Shown here: piece after piece, positions 1 through 14,447 of the stretch | Layout of the letters: every line of letters starts with the position of its first letter | Numbering within the stretch: the first letter of the stretch is position 1 | DNA from: Octopus vulgaris | Taxonomy: Eukaryota | NCBI GenBank assembly: GCA_951406725.2 | Contig: OX597814.1 | Coordinates: forward strand, 46,004,001 to 46,068,000 | DNA length: 64,000 bases | Reading direction: 5' to 3' | Position numbers and translations under genes: made by a program | The notes under the pieces: generated by a model | What the model was told of the DNA's origin: nothing | Seen by the model: the letters and a program-made list of their open reading frames with translations, nothing else | Databases searched by the model: none

Positions 1-450
1 GACAAAACCATCTCGTTTCAGGCTGTCCTATGCTAACACCAAACGATGGAGTAAGACAGTATATTCACTCGGAAATAAGTGAGCACTACCAAATCGACAC
101 TCTTTCTGACTAGTATAAACACCATCCTAAACCAGTGGTCGAAGGTATAATGTTCACCAAGCTCTGGGGTTTTTGGTCAGCACTGCCAAAAGAATCGAGG
201 TTTAATGACTAGAGATAATTATCAAAGACAAGAAATAGACGTGTTTCCCCCGATCAAAATATATTTGTAAAGGTTTTGACATGCTTAGTACATAAAAGGA
301 CCTGAAAGCTGAAATATAAAAGACGTGGTATCTTAAAGCAAAAACTGTTCCTGTTATCGCAGGTGCCATAGGCAAGAAAAATAAAGGGATATCAGAAACA
401 TCTAGAAAACACTCCAGGAGAACCATATCTTAATGGAATCCCTGATATTG
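1..450 (+). mobile_element. Degenerate R4/Dong-type (RLE) non-LTR retrotransposon 3' fragment
   Basis: Manual translation across stops and frameshifts gives DGVRQYIHSEISEHYQI..HHPKPVVEG..KLWGF..IIIKDKK..KDLKAEI*KTWYLKAKTVPVIAGAIG, resembling the RLE C-terminus (RHDxVxxYIHW..ILWDF..KYKDLxxEIxxxWxxKxxxVPxIxGALG). Confidence 0.7.
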
Positions 451-687
451 TGCTGTCAAGTAGAGTCCACCTGTCAACACAATCTAATTTAGTAACCCCG
501 CCTGAATTTTTAAGGGAAGGCGGTCAATCGATTACACAGACCTTAGTCCCTAGCTAGTATTCTAATCATTCCAGCCCTGATGTCTTGGCATTTATATCTA
601 ATGTTCAGCGAAGACATGAGTATATTTTTCCTTTAACAATGTCTTGTTTTCCTGCTACATGTATGTATGTATTTATGTATGTATATA

Positions 688-778
<91 letters not shown>
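688..778. repeat. (TATC)n microsatellite
   Basis: Direct reading. Confidence 0.97.
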
Positions 779-779
<1 letters not shown>

Positions 780-1154
780 ATGTATGTGTGTATGTATGTA
801 TGTATTCTACTTGTATTTATTGGTGTCTGTCTGATATTGTTAATTAAATTCGTTTAAAACTGAGTGATTTATTGATATCTGCCTGGATCTTTTTAATCCC
901 TGTTTTCTTTATGATAAACACACACAGAGAGGATATATATATATATATAGTAGAATTAGAAATAGAAAGTCCTTGGTACAGTATTATGTTTTGGGAAAAA
1001 TGGATAAGAATTGCTTATTTGATCATTTTTTCCAATAGTGATCTATAAATATATCACTATTAAAATGGAAACATTATCAAAACACAGTTCTAGTATATAT
1101 ATATATATATTCAGATAAATAGACATACTGACAGACCAACAGACAGACAGACAA

Positions 1155-1277
<123 letters not shown>

Positions 1278-1324
1278 TGTAGCTGAAAATTTTTATATAA
1301 TATTCATAATAATAATACTTTCTT

Positions 1325-1735
1325 CTATAAGCACAAGGCCGGAAAATTGAATTGCAGGAGAGCTTAGCTGATATTCGTTTTATGGGCTCCGCTAGATGAA
1401 AGAGAAAATCAGCATGATGGAATTTGAACTAGGAACTTAAAATCGGAAAAAAAAACTTCCGCTAATTATTTTGTCTGGCGCAGTAACGATCCCGTTCGCT
1501 CACCGTTTTAAATATAATTCGTTCTAATTTTAACAAAAATCAAGCAATTTTAAGGGGCAGGGATTAGTGGATTGCATCGACTCCTGTGCTTAACTGTTAC
1601 TTCTTTTATCGACCCCGAAAGGAGATATATCAAAGAAGATATAGGCTGCAATTGAACTCAGAACGTTATCTGCCGGCATATTTGCTTCTAAGCCTTTCGT
1701 GTCGTTTTGCAACTGCTCTGCGAGATCACTGCTCT
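1325..1735 (-). mobile_element. Two degenerate SINE copies (Nin/Meta-domain-like), about 1325-1505 and 1550-1735
   Basis: ttttatcgaccccgaaagga..ttgaactcagaacg is the reverse complement of a B-box plus a Nin/Meta core (..cctttcggggtcgataaaa); similar relics near 500-580 and 4670-4840. Confidence 0.55.
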
Positions 1736-3264
1736 CATGATGAAAGTAACAACAGTAATAAATATGATGTACATTAAAAAATTGGTTATTTAATTGATCA
1801 CGTTATTTGAACTTTATATAGTACAAGTTGCGAGTAAATGAAAAAACTTGGTTTTAATCGTCATTTGTTGACTTTTCAGTTGCTGGTGATGTTACTAATT
1901 ACTTTAAAATGTAATTATATTTAATCTTGTCATCCTCAGAATAATTAGGTCAACACCTAATTATTTTATGGAATTACTTTAAAAGATACGTTTGACGGGA
2001 TTTTCTTCTTTGTCGTATCCTGCAAGTGTATTGGATAATTAGAAAAGTCATCACTTAAAGTCCACGAAATATCATTTTGTTCTAATGTGTTCTTACGGTT
2101 TACATCTGCGAGCTATGTGGTCGATCGGGCTGCAAGAAACAGCAGCTACACATTCCTCACATAGCTTCCTAAAAAAACAAAACGATGGTAGAAGACATTA
2201 TACAGTGTTGTTGCCCTAATTCTCCTAGATAAACAAGATTGACTTCGAATAAACATGTTCGTTCGTAGTTTGTTGGGTTATGATTGAGCTTTAGTTAAGC
2301 AATAGTTTAATTTCTGGTTAAAGGGTAGAGCTGGAATACTTTTGGTAAAGTTGTTGGGCCAAGGCTACCAAACCTAAGCAGCAACACCACAAGCAGACTA
2401 TAATCAAATACATTTCGTTAGGAAACTGGAACTATCTTCCGTAGAGGTGGGCACAGTACTGGTTTATTCACAGTCGCCAGGAATGAGAGCTAGTGGTGAC
2501 ATAAACAGTCGATGGACATGCACGAGCTAGCTACGAAATATCCATCAAGTTACATTTACTGTTAATTTTTCTGCTTACCCCTAGAGATACGCAAGAAAAT
2601 GAACGAGGGTAAGAGAGACTTGTAATGGAAATTAGAAGTAATGGTGCACCCCCAGACTTAATAAGTAAAAATATAAACTTCGTCAAATATTTTGCTTGAA
2701 AATCTTGATTTTCCAAATACATAACTTATCAAAATATACATGGTCTGTTTTACAGTATCCATCAAATAATATCCACTATTATCTGTTTCATAGTGACCAA
2801 GCATTTTAAACTACATTCTTCACAAAGGGTACACTAACACCGCCGATATAATGAATAGACACGTTAGAAGGAAAATATTTTATAAACTTTAACCTAACGA
2901 CTTGACTAAAGGAAAGACACATATGTAAATGCATGCCTGGATACGATTAAATAGGCAAGATGCCCTTGGCAGGAGGCTTTTGGTGGCAGAATACTCGTGC
3001 TGGAATTAACAATAGCAATAATACAAACATCAACAACAACAATAACAAATATTGGCTACTCAGGCTCTGAACAAGGTGTGAACGTTCTGCCAAGGGAAAA
3101 CACCCTCACAACACATTGATATCTCAATTGTGACTGCACTGCCATTACATGTACCATAAAAAATCAACTACACACCGCGTCTACATGCTATGGAGAGGTG
3201 AAAACGTTTATAAAAATTCCACAATAGACCTGCGGAAGTACTCAAACAAGAACAAAGATTGGAT

Positions 3265-3642
3265 GTTAGTTAGTTAGTTAGTTAATTTGGCTCAAAAGTA
3301 AATAGCAAGGCCATGTAGGGGGACATGGAGTTAAGTACAGGGTGGTGTTCATGTAAAGAGTTCAGGCCACTTGAGGTCCAGGGAGGCTTTGAACAAAGCG
3401 GTCGTCGGCATCTTCACCATCTCGTCTGGCAGCTTGTTCCACGGATCCGCAACCCGGACGGAGAAAGCTCCTCTCCTTCGATTGAGATGAAATCGTCGCA
3501 GGTAGAGCTTTTCGGAATGACCCCGCAGCCGACGCTCCGGAGCAGGAGTGAAGAACAGCTCTTTCGAGAGGTTACACTTCCCGCTTATGATGTTGTGGGC
3601 GAGAATGAGATCACCACGGCGGCGGCGTTTTTCAAGAGAATA
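3265..3642 (-). mobile_element. 5'-truncated CR1-clade LINE 3' end with (TAAC)n tail
   Basis: Minus strand encodes SLEKRRRRGDLILAHNIISGK..RLRGHSEKL..FSVRVADPWNKLP..FKASLD (typical CR1 ORF2 C-terminus); tail seen as gttagttagttag at 3265-3284. Confidence 0.85.
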
Positions 3643-3711
3643 AAGGATGATAGTATTAGTGATGGAACGTGACTCCCAGAAGGTCCAGTATGTAACGTGA
3701 CTCCCAGAAGG

Positions 3712-4530
3712 TGAGGATTATAGAGAAGAGTAAGACATTGCAAAGAGAGAAAAATCTTCTAACGGAGATGATCCAATCCCAACAAAGAAAGCCAAAATGC
3801 ATAAAAAAAGCAAAAATAAAAAAAACCCCAAAAAAAGCGGTTGCAGTAATATATTATGATCAATATCCATATGCATCCATTGGTAGCTGCGGAGTTGAGG
3901 GTTGAAGGCACAATAGAGGGATTTACTCTGCTGCAAAGGATCTGAGGTAGCAAGATAACATCCTCAAAAATAGAGCAGAGCCCAAGTGTCTGTGATACCC
4001 TCGGCAAAACAATTGACAGTATAGTATCTAGATGCGTAACCCAGGTGCCAATCGAATATTACGCTAAACACAACAGACTTGGCCAATACATACTTCAATC
4101 AATTCTGTCTTCCAGTCAATAATGTAAGAAATAACTTCGTTGCTGAACATACGAAAAGCTGGTATGAACTCCATTTGAAATCAGCAGTTGAAAGGAACGA
4201 CATTACCGTCTTTTAGGATTTTATAAAATACACCAATCAAAAACTGAATGCTAACCACCTAAGTATTATAATGAAACACACCAAAAACAAGGCCCACTTT
4301 CTTAAAGATATGGTAATACCATCTGAAAAAAATGTACATACAAAGAAATACAAGAAACTTGTCGAGTATAAACACCTAGAAATTTAAATAAGCAGGATGT
4401 GGGACCTGAAGCTTTGATTGGCCCATTAAGGGTCACAGAAAGCAATGGTCACCTTGCAAAAATCACGAGAAAATTTCGTATATATGGAACCGAGAGAAAT
4501 TAAACTAAACAAATCGACTCACGCACAACA
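3712..4530 (+). mobile_element. Degenerate R4/Dong-type RLE non-LTR retrotransposon fragment
   Basis: Decayed motifs LRS*GLKA..EGF, TIDSIVSRC, HNRLGQYI, KSWYE, DMVIPSEKNV..KYKKLVEYKHLEI*ISRMWDLK. Confidence 0.7.
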
Positions 4531-4912
4531 TAAATCATTGCCCTTCTAACTTATATTTCCTAAACATTTGTTTCTGAATTTTTTGTTATTTAACCAAGAA
4601 AGACAACCGAGGAAGAACGAAAATCTGTGCTGAACAATAACAACTTTATATTATATCTGTCGTATCAATGATACTAGGTCAGTAATTTTCAAGAAGAGAT
4701 TAGAGAAAATCAACCTAGTCATTTGACAGGTGTATAATCTCTCAACCCAAAGGAATGAAAAGGCAAATTTGCACCCGGTAGCAGTTGAGCCCAGATTGTA
4801 AAGAGATGTAACAAAATAGCACAAGGTATTTTGTATAATGGTATACTTATATGTGATTATATTTCTTTCTTGACCTGAAATTGCGAGTTTTGTTTTGCTT
4901 GCTTACATGTGT

Positions 4913-4926
4913 ACACACACAAACAC

Positions 4927-4968
<42 letters not shown>

Positions 4969-5142
4969 ACACAAACAAACAATTACATAGACTAACACAC
5001 ACACATACCCGTGCACGTGCGCATATATATATTGTTTATATTATATATATACATATACACACGCACGCACGCACACACACACACATACACACATACACAC
5101 ACACACACACACACAAACACGCATCTATATATATATATATAT
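4913..5142. repeat. Compound (CA)n/(TA)n microsatellite
   Basis: Direct reading. Confidence 0.9.
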
Positions 5143-5535
5143 TCAATCTTTCACAGCTTGGAAGACAGCCAATTTATGCGAAAGAAAAAATAGTGAATCT
5201 AAGAGAAAACTTAAGAAATTCATTATTCTGGCGCCAACACTAACATGATCTCTTCAAAAATATGCCCCGAAAATTTTTTTTTAAATTTATATAAATATTA
5301 TAATATTTTCCTTTTTTTTGTTTTATAATTTCTTTTCTGCCTTGCAGCTTTGAATGACTTCCAAATAAAATACAGTTAAATGTTTGAAAAGAACAAAAAA
5401 TGTTTTAGCAATTCCGGAAAATTTGTCAGCTTGTGTATACTTCTCTATGCTTTCGTGTGTGTATGTGTAATATTTGTATGTGCTTGTCTCTCTGTCTAAT
5501 ATCTCCCTCTCTCCTTCTCTCTCCAAATACATGTA

Positions 5536-5776
5536 CAGTAATGCCTCGATATACGAGTTAATTTATTCCCGGAGACCGTACGTAAAGCGAAACCCCGTAA
5601 AGCTGGGCAAAAATTTCCCATAATAGCAGTGTCTTAAATCGTAAATCGTTCCCATAAAAATGTTTTTATCGATAAAACTTATAATACTCGTACATAATTG
5701 GCAATAAAACAACAGTAAAATGTAAAGAATATTTTTATGTAAAAGTAAAAATTGTCAAGATCATTTATAATACAAA

Positions 5777-5845
<69 letters not shown>

Positions 5846-5856
5846 CATTATTATTA

Positions 5857-5891
<35 letters not shown>

Positions 5892-6174
5892 CGTTTTCTG
5901 AATCACTTTCACCCGCTCTAGACTCACGCACACCATCACGTATTGACGCGATCACCGATTCACAAGCAGTCGTTGACGGACTCGTAGATTTCATTAAAAA
6001 ATAAGTCTAGACATGTTTGCTTAGCAGAAGCTGTTTTTTGCTCTCTTTAAATTTCTCGTTAACACGCAGAATCATTGGTTATGATAAATGCTTTTGCACT
6101 TCGTTCACAATTTGGATATTTTGCTTGAAAAATAAAGCTCGTAAAGTGGATCCCCGCAAAGTGAGGCATAACTG
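5536..6174. mobile_element. Non-autonomous Tc1/mariner (Tigger/pogo-like) DNA transposon (MITE) with an internal (ATT)n tract
   Basis: TA|CAGTAATGCCTCGATATACGAG at left and CCCGCAAAGTGAGGCATAACTG|TA at right: imperfect TIRs with a TA target duplication; (ATT)n at 5777-5890. Confidence 0.75.
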
Positions 6175-6416
6175 TATACATATATATTCACGAAAGGAGT
6201 AAACGACCAAAGGATTTCAATACACGTCATGACGATTAAATATGTTTAATTGCAGTTAGATTCATATTTTCGTTAGTAAAATATCTAACACGAAAGTTAG
6301 CGAATCGTTCGAAAGCTTTTGTACTTGGTAGTGAATCAGTCAAGTATTCTGATGTAGTGTGATACACATGTTCTTGTGGCCACTTTGGATAACTGGAATG
6401 AATTTGAAGTGAGCGC

Positions 6417-6437
6417 GTGTGCGTGTGTGTGTGTGTG

Positions 6438-6478
<41 letters not shown>
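6417..6478. repeat. (GT)n microsatellite
   Basis: Direct reading. Confidence 0.95.
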
Positions 6479-6487
<9 letters not shown>

Positions 6488-6493
6488 TATGTA

Positions 6494-6705
6494 TATCGCC
6501 ATGTTGATTCGCTAGCTTCTTGCACGCATTTTTTCTCTCCTTGTTTCTCTCCGTGTTTCTTTTCTGTGTATCTTTCTGTTGAAGAGCGTAGGCTCGAAAC
6601 GTAAAAGACTTGTTTTATTTATATTCCTGAGCGCCATACTAATACAATTGTTTTGTTTGTATTCCACCTGCCTTCGTCTTTTGTTTATTTTCATAAAGCT
6701 TCCCT

Positions 6706-6706
<1 letters not shown>
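6494..6706 (+). mobile_element. PLE family 3 solo 3' terminal (pLTR) fragment with HHR motif
   Basis: Near-identical reverse complement of 30731-30940, which lies downstream of a GIY-YIG remnant. Confidence 0.8.
6571..6608 (+). ncRNA. Minimal type I hammerhead ribozyme motif (variant core CUGUUGA)
   Basis: tcttt-CTGTTGA-a-gagc(gtag)gctc-GAAA-cgta-aaaga: stem I tcttt/aaaga, stem II, palindromic ACGT stem III. Confidence 0.6.
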
Positions 6707-6753
<47 letters not shown>

Positions 6754-6774
6754 AATATTAGGGAATGAATCCAA

Positions 6775-6874
6775 NNNNNNNNNNNNNNNNNNNNNNNNNN
6801 NNNNNNNNNNNNNNNNNNNNNNNNNNNNNNNNNNNNNNNNNNNNNNNNNNNNNNNNNNNNNNNNNNNNNNNNNN
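6775..6874. other. Assembly gap (100 N)
   Basis: Run of N. Confidence 1.
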
Positions 6875-6885
6875 ATATATATGTA

Positions 6886-9800
6886 TTTTACTCTTTTACT
6901 CTTTTTACTTGTTTCAGCCATCCGGCTGAGGCCATGCTGGGGCACCGCCCTTGTTGCTACCCTTTCTAAGTCCAGTTTGCCGTGGCTGGCCACTGATCTA
7001 AGAGAGAGTTTGTAGCTGCTGCCCTTAGGTTACCTTCGTACCTTGCAGTGGGTTCATTTGGGATCCCGGAAAGCAGCTTGTCTAGATGTTTTTTGAAAAT
7101 GTCCACATCCGCATCATGTAGATCTCTTAGTTTTCTTGGCAGTTTGTTGAAAAGCTGAGGGCCCCTGAACCCCAGGCTATTACAGTATCTGCTCCTTACC
7201 CTGGATGTGGAAGACGGGACCTTTGGCACCACACAGTGACGTCCTGTACGGGGATTGGAACAGCTCTCAATTCCAAAATTTGGTGCTAGTCCCTCCAGGA
7301 TTTTCCATATGTATATCACTGCATATCTCTCTCGTCTTCGTTCCAAGGAGTACAAATTGAATTCCCTAAGCCTCTCCCAATAGTTCTTTTCTTTCATGGT
7401 GGAAATCCTCTTGTTGAAATGTCTTTGGATTGTCTCAAGCTCTGTGGTTAGTTTGACACTATGCGGTGACCACAGTTGGGAGCAGTAGTCCAGGCGGCTT
7501 AGGACAAATGTCCTCCATAATGTCAACATGGTCTCGCAGTCTCTTGTCCGGAATGTCCTCAGGATCCAGCCAGTGAGTCGTCTGCACATTGTTCCCACTT
7601 TCGCGATGTGTGAAGAAAAAGATGCATCGTCACTCATGTCTATCCCCAGGTCCCGTATTGATTTCGATACTGGGATTTCGATCCCTCCTGGACCAGTATA
7701 GTTGTGTTGTAATGTATATGTGTTTACAGCTTGATATTGTAAGGCTTGAAATTTACCAGCATTAAATTGCATGTTGTTGTCTTCAGCCCATTTGTATATG
7801 GCATCCAGATCTTGTTGTAAAAGGTCAGCATCAGCTGGGTTTTTGATTGCCTGTGCTACCTTTGTGTCATCAGCATAGCTAGTGAGGGATGTTGTTTGTG
7901 CTACCAAGGGCATGTCAGAGAGCGCCACCAAAAACAGCAAGGGTCCCAAGACTGTGCCCTGTGGCACCCCGCTTGCTATCGGTGTCTTTCCCGAGAGGGC
8001 TCCATTGGCTGCAACCATCTGGCTTCTGTCCTTCAGGAAGTCATGTATCCACTCACCTACTTTTCCTGTTATGCCGAGTCTGAGTAATTTGTGACATATC
8101 ACTCCGTGGTCGACTTTGTCAAAGGCCTTCGCAAAGTCGAGATATACCACATCCACCTGTGAGCGATCCAGTAGTTGTTTCAGTACCCAGTCGTAGTGTT
8201 GTAACAGCTGCGTAAGGCAGCTTCTTCCTGGGCGAAAGCCATGCTGTGTGTCAGTGAGACGGTTAGTTTCTTCGAGGAACGTGATCAGTTTTTTTCTGAT
8301 GATTCGTTCCATGACCTTACTTATGTGTGACGTCAGGGAGACTGGCCTGTAGTTTTTGGCCTCTGCTCTACTCCCTCCTTTGTGGATAGGGCATATGGTG
8401 CCTTCTTTTAGCGCCCTGGGCAGTTTACCGTTAGCCAAGGAACCACTGAAGAGCTTCTTCAGTGGTCCCGCTAGGGCATGCCTGCATGTTTTTAGGAGGA
8501 CTGCTGGGAATCCATCTGGTCCAGCAGCTGAGTTTATTCTCATTTCTTCTATGGCAGATATTACATCCCTCTCTGTTATGTCTATGTGGTCGATGGTTGT
8601 TGTTTGGTTTTGGAGTGTTGTGGCATCAAAGAAAACTTCTGGGTTTGTGATTTGCATGTGCCCCAGAGGGGATGTGAACACACTTTTATACTGTTCCTTT
8701 AGTATTTCACTTATCCCTTGGGGGTCCTCAGTTAGAGAGCCTTTTTATCAAAGAGTGGGCCAATCTTGCAGTGTACCGAGGTGGTTTCTTTCGCAAATTT
8801 AAAGAAGGCTTTAGGGTTTGTTTTAATATTCTCTATGGCCCTGGCTTCTCTCTCTGCCCTCTCCTTCTCATAGGAAAGTTTGAGTGCAGTTTCCGTTTCA
8901 AAAAGCTTCAGGTGGAGTCCCTCATTGTTTCTCTGCCGTGCATTCAGTTGCTTCGAGAGCTTAGCTCTTCGCCTCATAAGTATTTTCCTGTCTCTGGGAA
9001 TAACGTTCCTATGCCCGCTGGCTTTTTTCTCCGGGACAAACTTATGGCATATGTTCTGTATTGTTGTCATGAAATGTTGGAAATGTGTGGTGGTGTCTTG
9101 TGTGGTGATGAAGTCACTCCAGTCATGTTTTCGGATCTCTTCGTTGATCTTCTTCCAGTTTGCCTTATGGAAGTTTAGACTGGATAGGCCTGTGGTATTT
9201 TCTAATGGCTGCGTCTCAACTAACTCTCTCATACCATATATCATTACCTCTACTAAGTTGTGATCTGAGAGAATTGTTGGTGTTACCATTATGTTGTGGA
9301 TGAGCATCGGGTTGCTTGTGAAACAGAGGTCCAAGACATTCTCACCTCTTGTTGGCCAAAGCACTGCTTGCTCCATGAAAAACTTGCGTGTGAGAGCCAA
9401 CAAGGACTCTGTCTGTCTCTGTTCAAGTGATGTCATTCCAGGGAGGAGATGGCCATCTGGCCATTTGACTTTCGGAAGGTTAAAATCTCCCAGCAGTAGA
9501 ATGGTGTTACCCTGGTCCAGTTTGTCCAGGACTTCTTCTATTCTTCTGAGGCTATCTTCAAACACTCCTTCATGACTAGGGGTGTCTGGTGGCCGATATG
9601 TGACACATATTACTATTTTCGGTTGTTTCATGTGTACTATCAGTGTGTCACAGACTGAGTTTGAGTATGTCAACAGTACTATGGGTGTGACATCTTCACG
9701 GACGTACAGGGCAACCCCACCATGAGTTCTTTCCTTCCTGTCCGACCGAAAAACAGTATACTTCGGTATGTGTATTTCTGCATCTGCTATACTGCTTGAC

Positions 9801-10333
9801 AGGTGCGTTTCAGTCAGCGCTATGCATATTGCATGGTTGCTTGTGCTCAAGTCCCTAAGGTAAGGAATTTTACCCATATTAGTGGGTTCACCAGACCTCT
9901 GACATTCAGCAGAAGCACTGGTGAGACACCCGGGGTGTCAATAAAGGCTGACGGTGTGGCACCTGGGCCGGCGTCAGCGGTGGCCACCCTGGGTCCCTTG
10001 ATTGTGGTGGTCTTGAGTGCTGTTGTGAGTGCCCCTGGCTCTGAAGACGATGTATCCAGGCCAGTTGTCCCACAATTTTCTCTGCCATTTCCACAAAATT
10101 TCTTTGTTCTGCTGCCGCCGTCTGCATTTCCTCTGCAAATGTGCGCCTTCTCCTTGTTGGGGCATTACGCACTATGTCTGCATATTTCTGGGGCAGCTTG
10201 TATTCGTTCTGGTTTTGGTTAAGGCATTTTGGTCGAGTGGGTTTGATGCAATTTCCATAGGGCCTGGGATGAGCGAACCTGCATCCTTCCCCTGTTTCTT
10301 CATGCCAGCAGGTTCCATTCCGGAAGAATTTGC

Positions 10334-10334
<1 letters not shown>
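6886..10334 (-). mobile_element. CR1-group LINE family B copy 1: ORF1 3' part with CCCH finger, APE-RT ORF2 with 2 frameshifts, (TAAAAGAG)n tail
   Basis: ORFs 9906-10334, 8732-9877 (ALTETHL, GDFNLP, SDHN) and 6966-8681 ([22 protein letters not shown]); single-base deletions near 9885 and 8745 relative to the copy at 56500. Confidence 0.95.
6966..9877 (-). pseudogene. LINE B ORF2 (APE endonuclease + reverse transcriptase), frameshifted
   Basis: Two ORF pieces (381 aa and 571 aa) colinear with the ORF at 56867-59770. Confidence 0.9.
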
Positions 10335-10381
<47 letters not shown>

Positions 10382-10407
10382 GCATGTATATATATATATG
10401 TATGTAC

Positions 10408-10481
<74 letters not shown>

Positions 10482-10657
10482 GTATATGTATGTATGTATG
10501 TATATGTATGTATGTATATGTATGTATGTATATGTATGTATGTATATATATGTATGTATATGTATGTATGTATATATATATATGTATGTATATATATGTA
10601 TATATATATATGTATATATATGTGTATGTATATATATATATGTATGTATATATATGT

Positions 10658-10712
<55 letters not shown>

Positions 10713-10752
10713 TGTATATATATATCTATGTATATATATATGTATGTATATA

Positions 10753-10839
<87 letters not shown>

Positions 10840-10980
10840 GTATGTATATATATATATGTATATATATATATGTATGTATATATATATATGTATATATATA
10901 TGTATGTATATATATATATGTATGTATATATATATATGTATATATATATATGTATATATATGTATGTATATATATATATG

Positions 10981-11027
<47 letters not shown>

Positions 11028-11032
11028 CTATG

Positions 11033-11069
<37 letters not shown>

Positions 11070-11882
11070 GTATATATATATCTATGTATATATATATCTA
11101 TGTATATATATGTATATATATATCTATGTATATATATATGTATATATATATCTATGTATATATATATGTATATATATATCTATGTATATATATATGTATA
11201 TATATATCTATGTATATATATATGTATATATATATCTATGTATATATATATGTATATATATATCTATGTATATATATATGTATATATATAGATATGTATA
11301 TATATATATGTATATATATATCTATGTATATATAGATATGTATATATATATATATGTATATATATATCTATGTATATATATATATGTATATATATATATG
11401 TATATATAAATATGTATGTATGTATATATGTATATATATGTATATATATGTATATATGTGTATATATATGTATATATATGTATATATGTATATATATGTA
11501 TATATATGTATATATGTGTATATATATGTATATATATGTATGTATATGTATGTTTATATGTATATATATATATATATGTATATATATGTATATATGTATG
11601 TATATGTATATATGTATATATATATTTGTATATATATATATGTATATATATCTGTATATATATATATGTATATATATCTGTATATATATATATATGTATA
11701 TATCTGTATATATATATATATGTAAATATATATGTATATATATATATGTATATATATCTGTATATATATATAAATATATATATCTGTATATATATGTATA
11801 TATATATGTATATATATCTGTATATATATCTGTATATATATCTGTATATATATATGTATATATATATGTATATATATATATG

Positions 11883-11939
<57 letters not shown>

Positions 11940-11964
11940 GTGTATATTTATATATGTGTATATG

Positions 11965-11995
<31 letters not shown>

Positions 11996-12200
11996 GTGTA
12001 TATGTATATACATGTATATATATATGTATATTTATATATGTATATATGTGTATATATATATGTATATTTATATATGTATATATGTGTATATATATATGTA
12101 TATTTATATATGTATATTTATATATGTATATATGTGTATATATATATATGTATATTTATATATGTATATATGTGTATATATATATGTATATTTATATATG
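10335..12200. repeat. Degenerate (TA)n/(TATATG)n microsatellite tract
   Basis: Direct reading. Confidence 0.97.
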
Positions 12201-12572
12201 TTATAAAATGAGATAGGGGTTGAAAATTCAACCCACCATGGGATAATATATATCCAATATACTGCTAGATAGGTACCCAACAAAATTAATACATAGATGT
12301 TAAAAATTGTCAAACAATCAGTTCATCTATTGTATTATATGGGTAAAGGTAATAATATTACCGTAAATTAATACTACAAAATTAGAGAATGGAGAAACAT
12401 ACTTAAATCAGTAAAACATCAACTATCCGATGATACTCAATCCATACTTTAATACACCATTACATATGAGTAAAGGCAATATATAAAATGAAATGAGATA
12501 TACAGTAATAGTAAAAAGATAAAGAGATATAAGTAAAAAATTTCAAATATAATATGCAAATAAATCAAAACT

Positions 12573-12676
12573 GACAGCTGTTTCGGCAGTGAGGACAGTC
12601 ATACCTCATTTAACCTATAAGCCATAAAGGCAGGTATAAATGAGGCATTAACAATGATGCCCCACGGCCTCTTCAG
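12573..12676 (-). ncRNA. Type I hammerhead ribozyme with long stem II (inverted copy)
   Basis: Reverse complement of 19866-19969. Confidence 0.7.
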
Positions 12677-13016
12677 AGAATTAAATTAAATTTGTTATAA
12701 TAGTGAAAAATATTGTATAATCATATACATATAAATATAAAAATATAAAAATGTAAAATATAAAAACTTATACATCATAATGCTACACTTATATAATAAT
12801 ACACATTTGTACAAAAAAGGAAGGTAAACAGAACAAAATAAAACAAAATATATAACAGTGTATATAGTAATATTAATAAGTACCGATATTATACATATTT
12901 GGCTAATAGTTTTTTTTATAAAAAAAAGGCTAACACATATGGAGATGAAAAATAATAATTAAATCCGTGGTACAGTTCATAAAATTCTAAAGCTATAAAA
13001 GTTAATAAAAATTACT

Positions 13017-13070
<54 letters not shown>

Positions 13071-14447
13071 TAATAAAAATAGATACAGTTAAGTTAGCAC
13101 CAAGTCCATCCATTCAAGATCGAAATAACTATGAGTTAAGAAATGCTGACCACTAGGTAAAGAAAATTTAGATTAATTCGATTGGCTATTGGTTTGAAAT
13201 TTAAATCACAAAAGAAAATTATACGGTTGGTTAGTCAGGGAACGCCAATATTCACACACGCATCTACAGATCAATCGCACATACACACATAGTTATATGT
13301 ATATACATACACTTATACACATACATAATCACAAGCAACAACTAGCACTTAGATAAACAAAAAGGGAAGCAACTATGCTACCATTTAGTCCTTCAAAATT
13401 ATAACTGTGCCTCAATAACAAAAAAGAACCATCCATGTATTCCATAAAATATTTAATTTAGATATAAATATATTTTTAAATATCAGTATGTTACTAATTC
13501 AGATAATTATTTCATGGGTAACTTAAAATTTATAACACCGGTTTATTGCGGAGTAAACATACGGTTGTTAGATTTATCGTAAGTTTGTTATGATTTTGAG
13601 TACGCTAAATAATAAAATATAAAATATAAAATACATATTAATTTAAATATTATAAATAAGTCACTTATTAACTTAATAAATATAATGCCATAATATACCA
13701 GTTTAGGCATTAAAGAATAGAAGGGGAAGTATTAATGTAAACGCTTATGAGAACATCACAGAAATTTTAAATAAATTTTATATTATAAAGACTTAAGATG
13801 AAAAGAGATAAAATAAATAAGAAGGAATAAATACGAAGGAATAAATACGGTTATACACATAATTATAAGTACAAACCAGTATATATGTATTCATATATTA
13901 TTAAAATTAAATAAAAATAAATGATAGATATGTATGTATAAAACTACCCCAGTATAAGTAAATAAGTAAAAACTAAATAGGAAACAAATTAGATGACTTG
14001 ATATGTATGTAAACATCTACACTTAAATAGGCAAATAAATAAATAAATAGAAGACTAGATGCAAAGATTGATAATATTACAATAAAATGGAAAATAAATA
14101 AAAAATAAATAAAGTGAATATATATGTTATATTGTTGAAAGTAAATATGTATGGAAGGATAGTTTAAAGTACAGATCCAGAGGACTATAGATATAAACTA
14201 AATATATGAGGCTGGTAATAATTATAAAGCAAAATGCATGTAAATGAGAAAATGAAAAAATGAAAAAGGTTTATCAGTGAATAGCATAAGATACAAATTA
14301 AGGTGAGTACAAAAAGACCAAGGAACAAACGGGAACAACCTCCTTACTAATAATGAGTGCACCATACCTGTCAGAGATAATATAAATGTAATAGATCATA
14401 CTACTACTACCAATACTAGTACTAGTGATAGGAATATAGCCGATAAT

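Noticed and set aside
2300-3260. Possible further decayed LINE (RTE/R4-like) remnants
   Set aside because: Only faint motif resemblance; too degenerate to call without an HMM search.
3666-3712. 19-bp direct repeat aacgtgactcccagaaggt separated by 9 bp
   Set aside because: It is a small local duplication and does not flank the CR1 fragment, so it is not its TSD.
6750-6774. 24 bp of non-TA sequence before the gap, possibly another element terminus
   Set aside because: Too short and cut off by the N gap.
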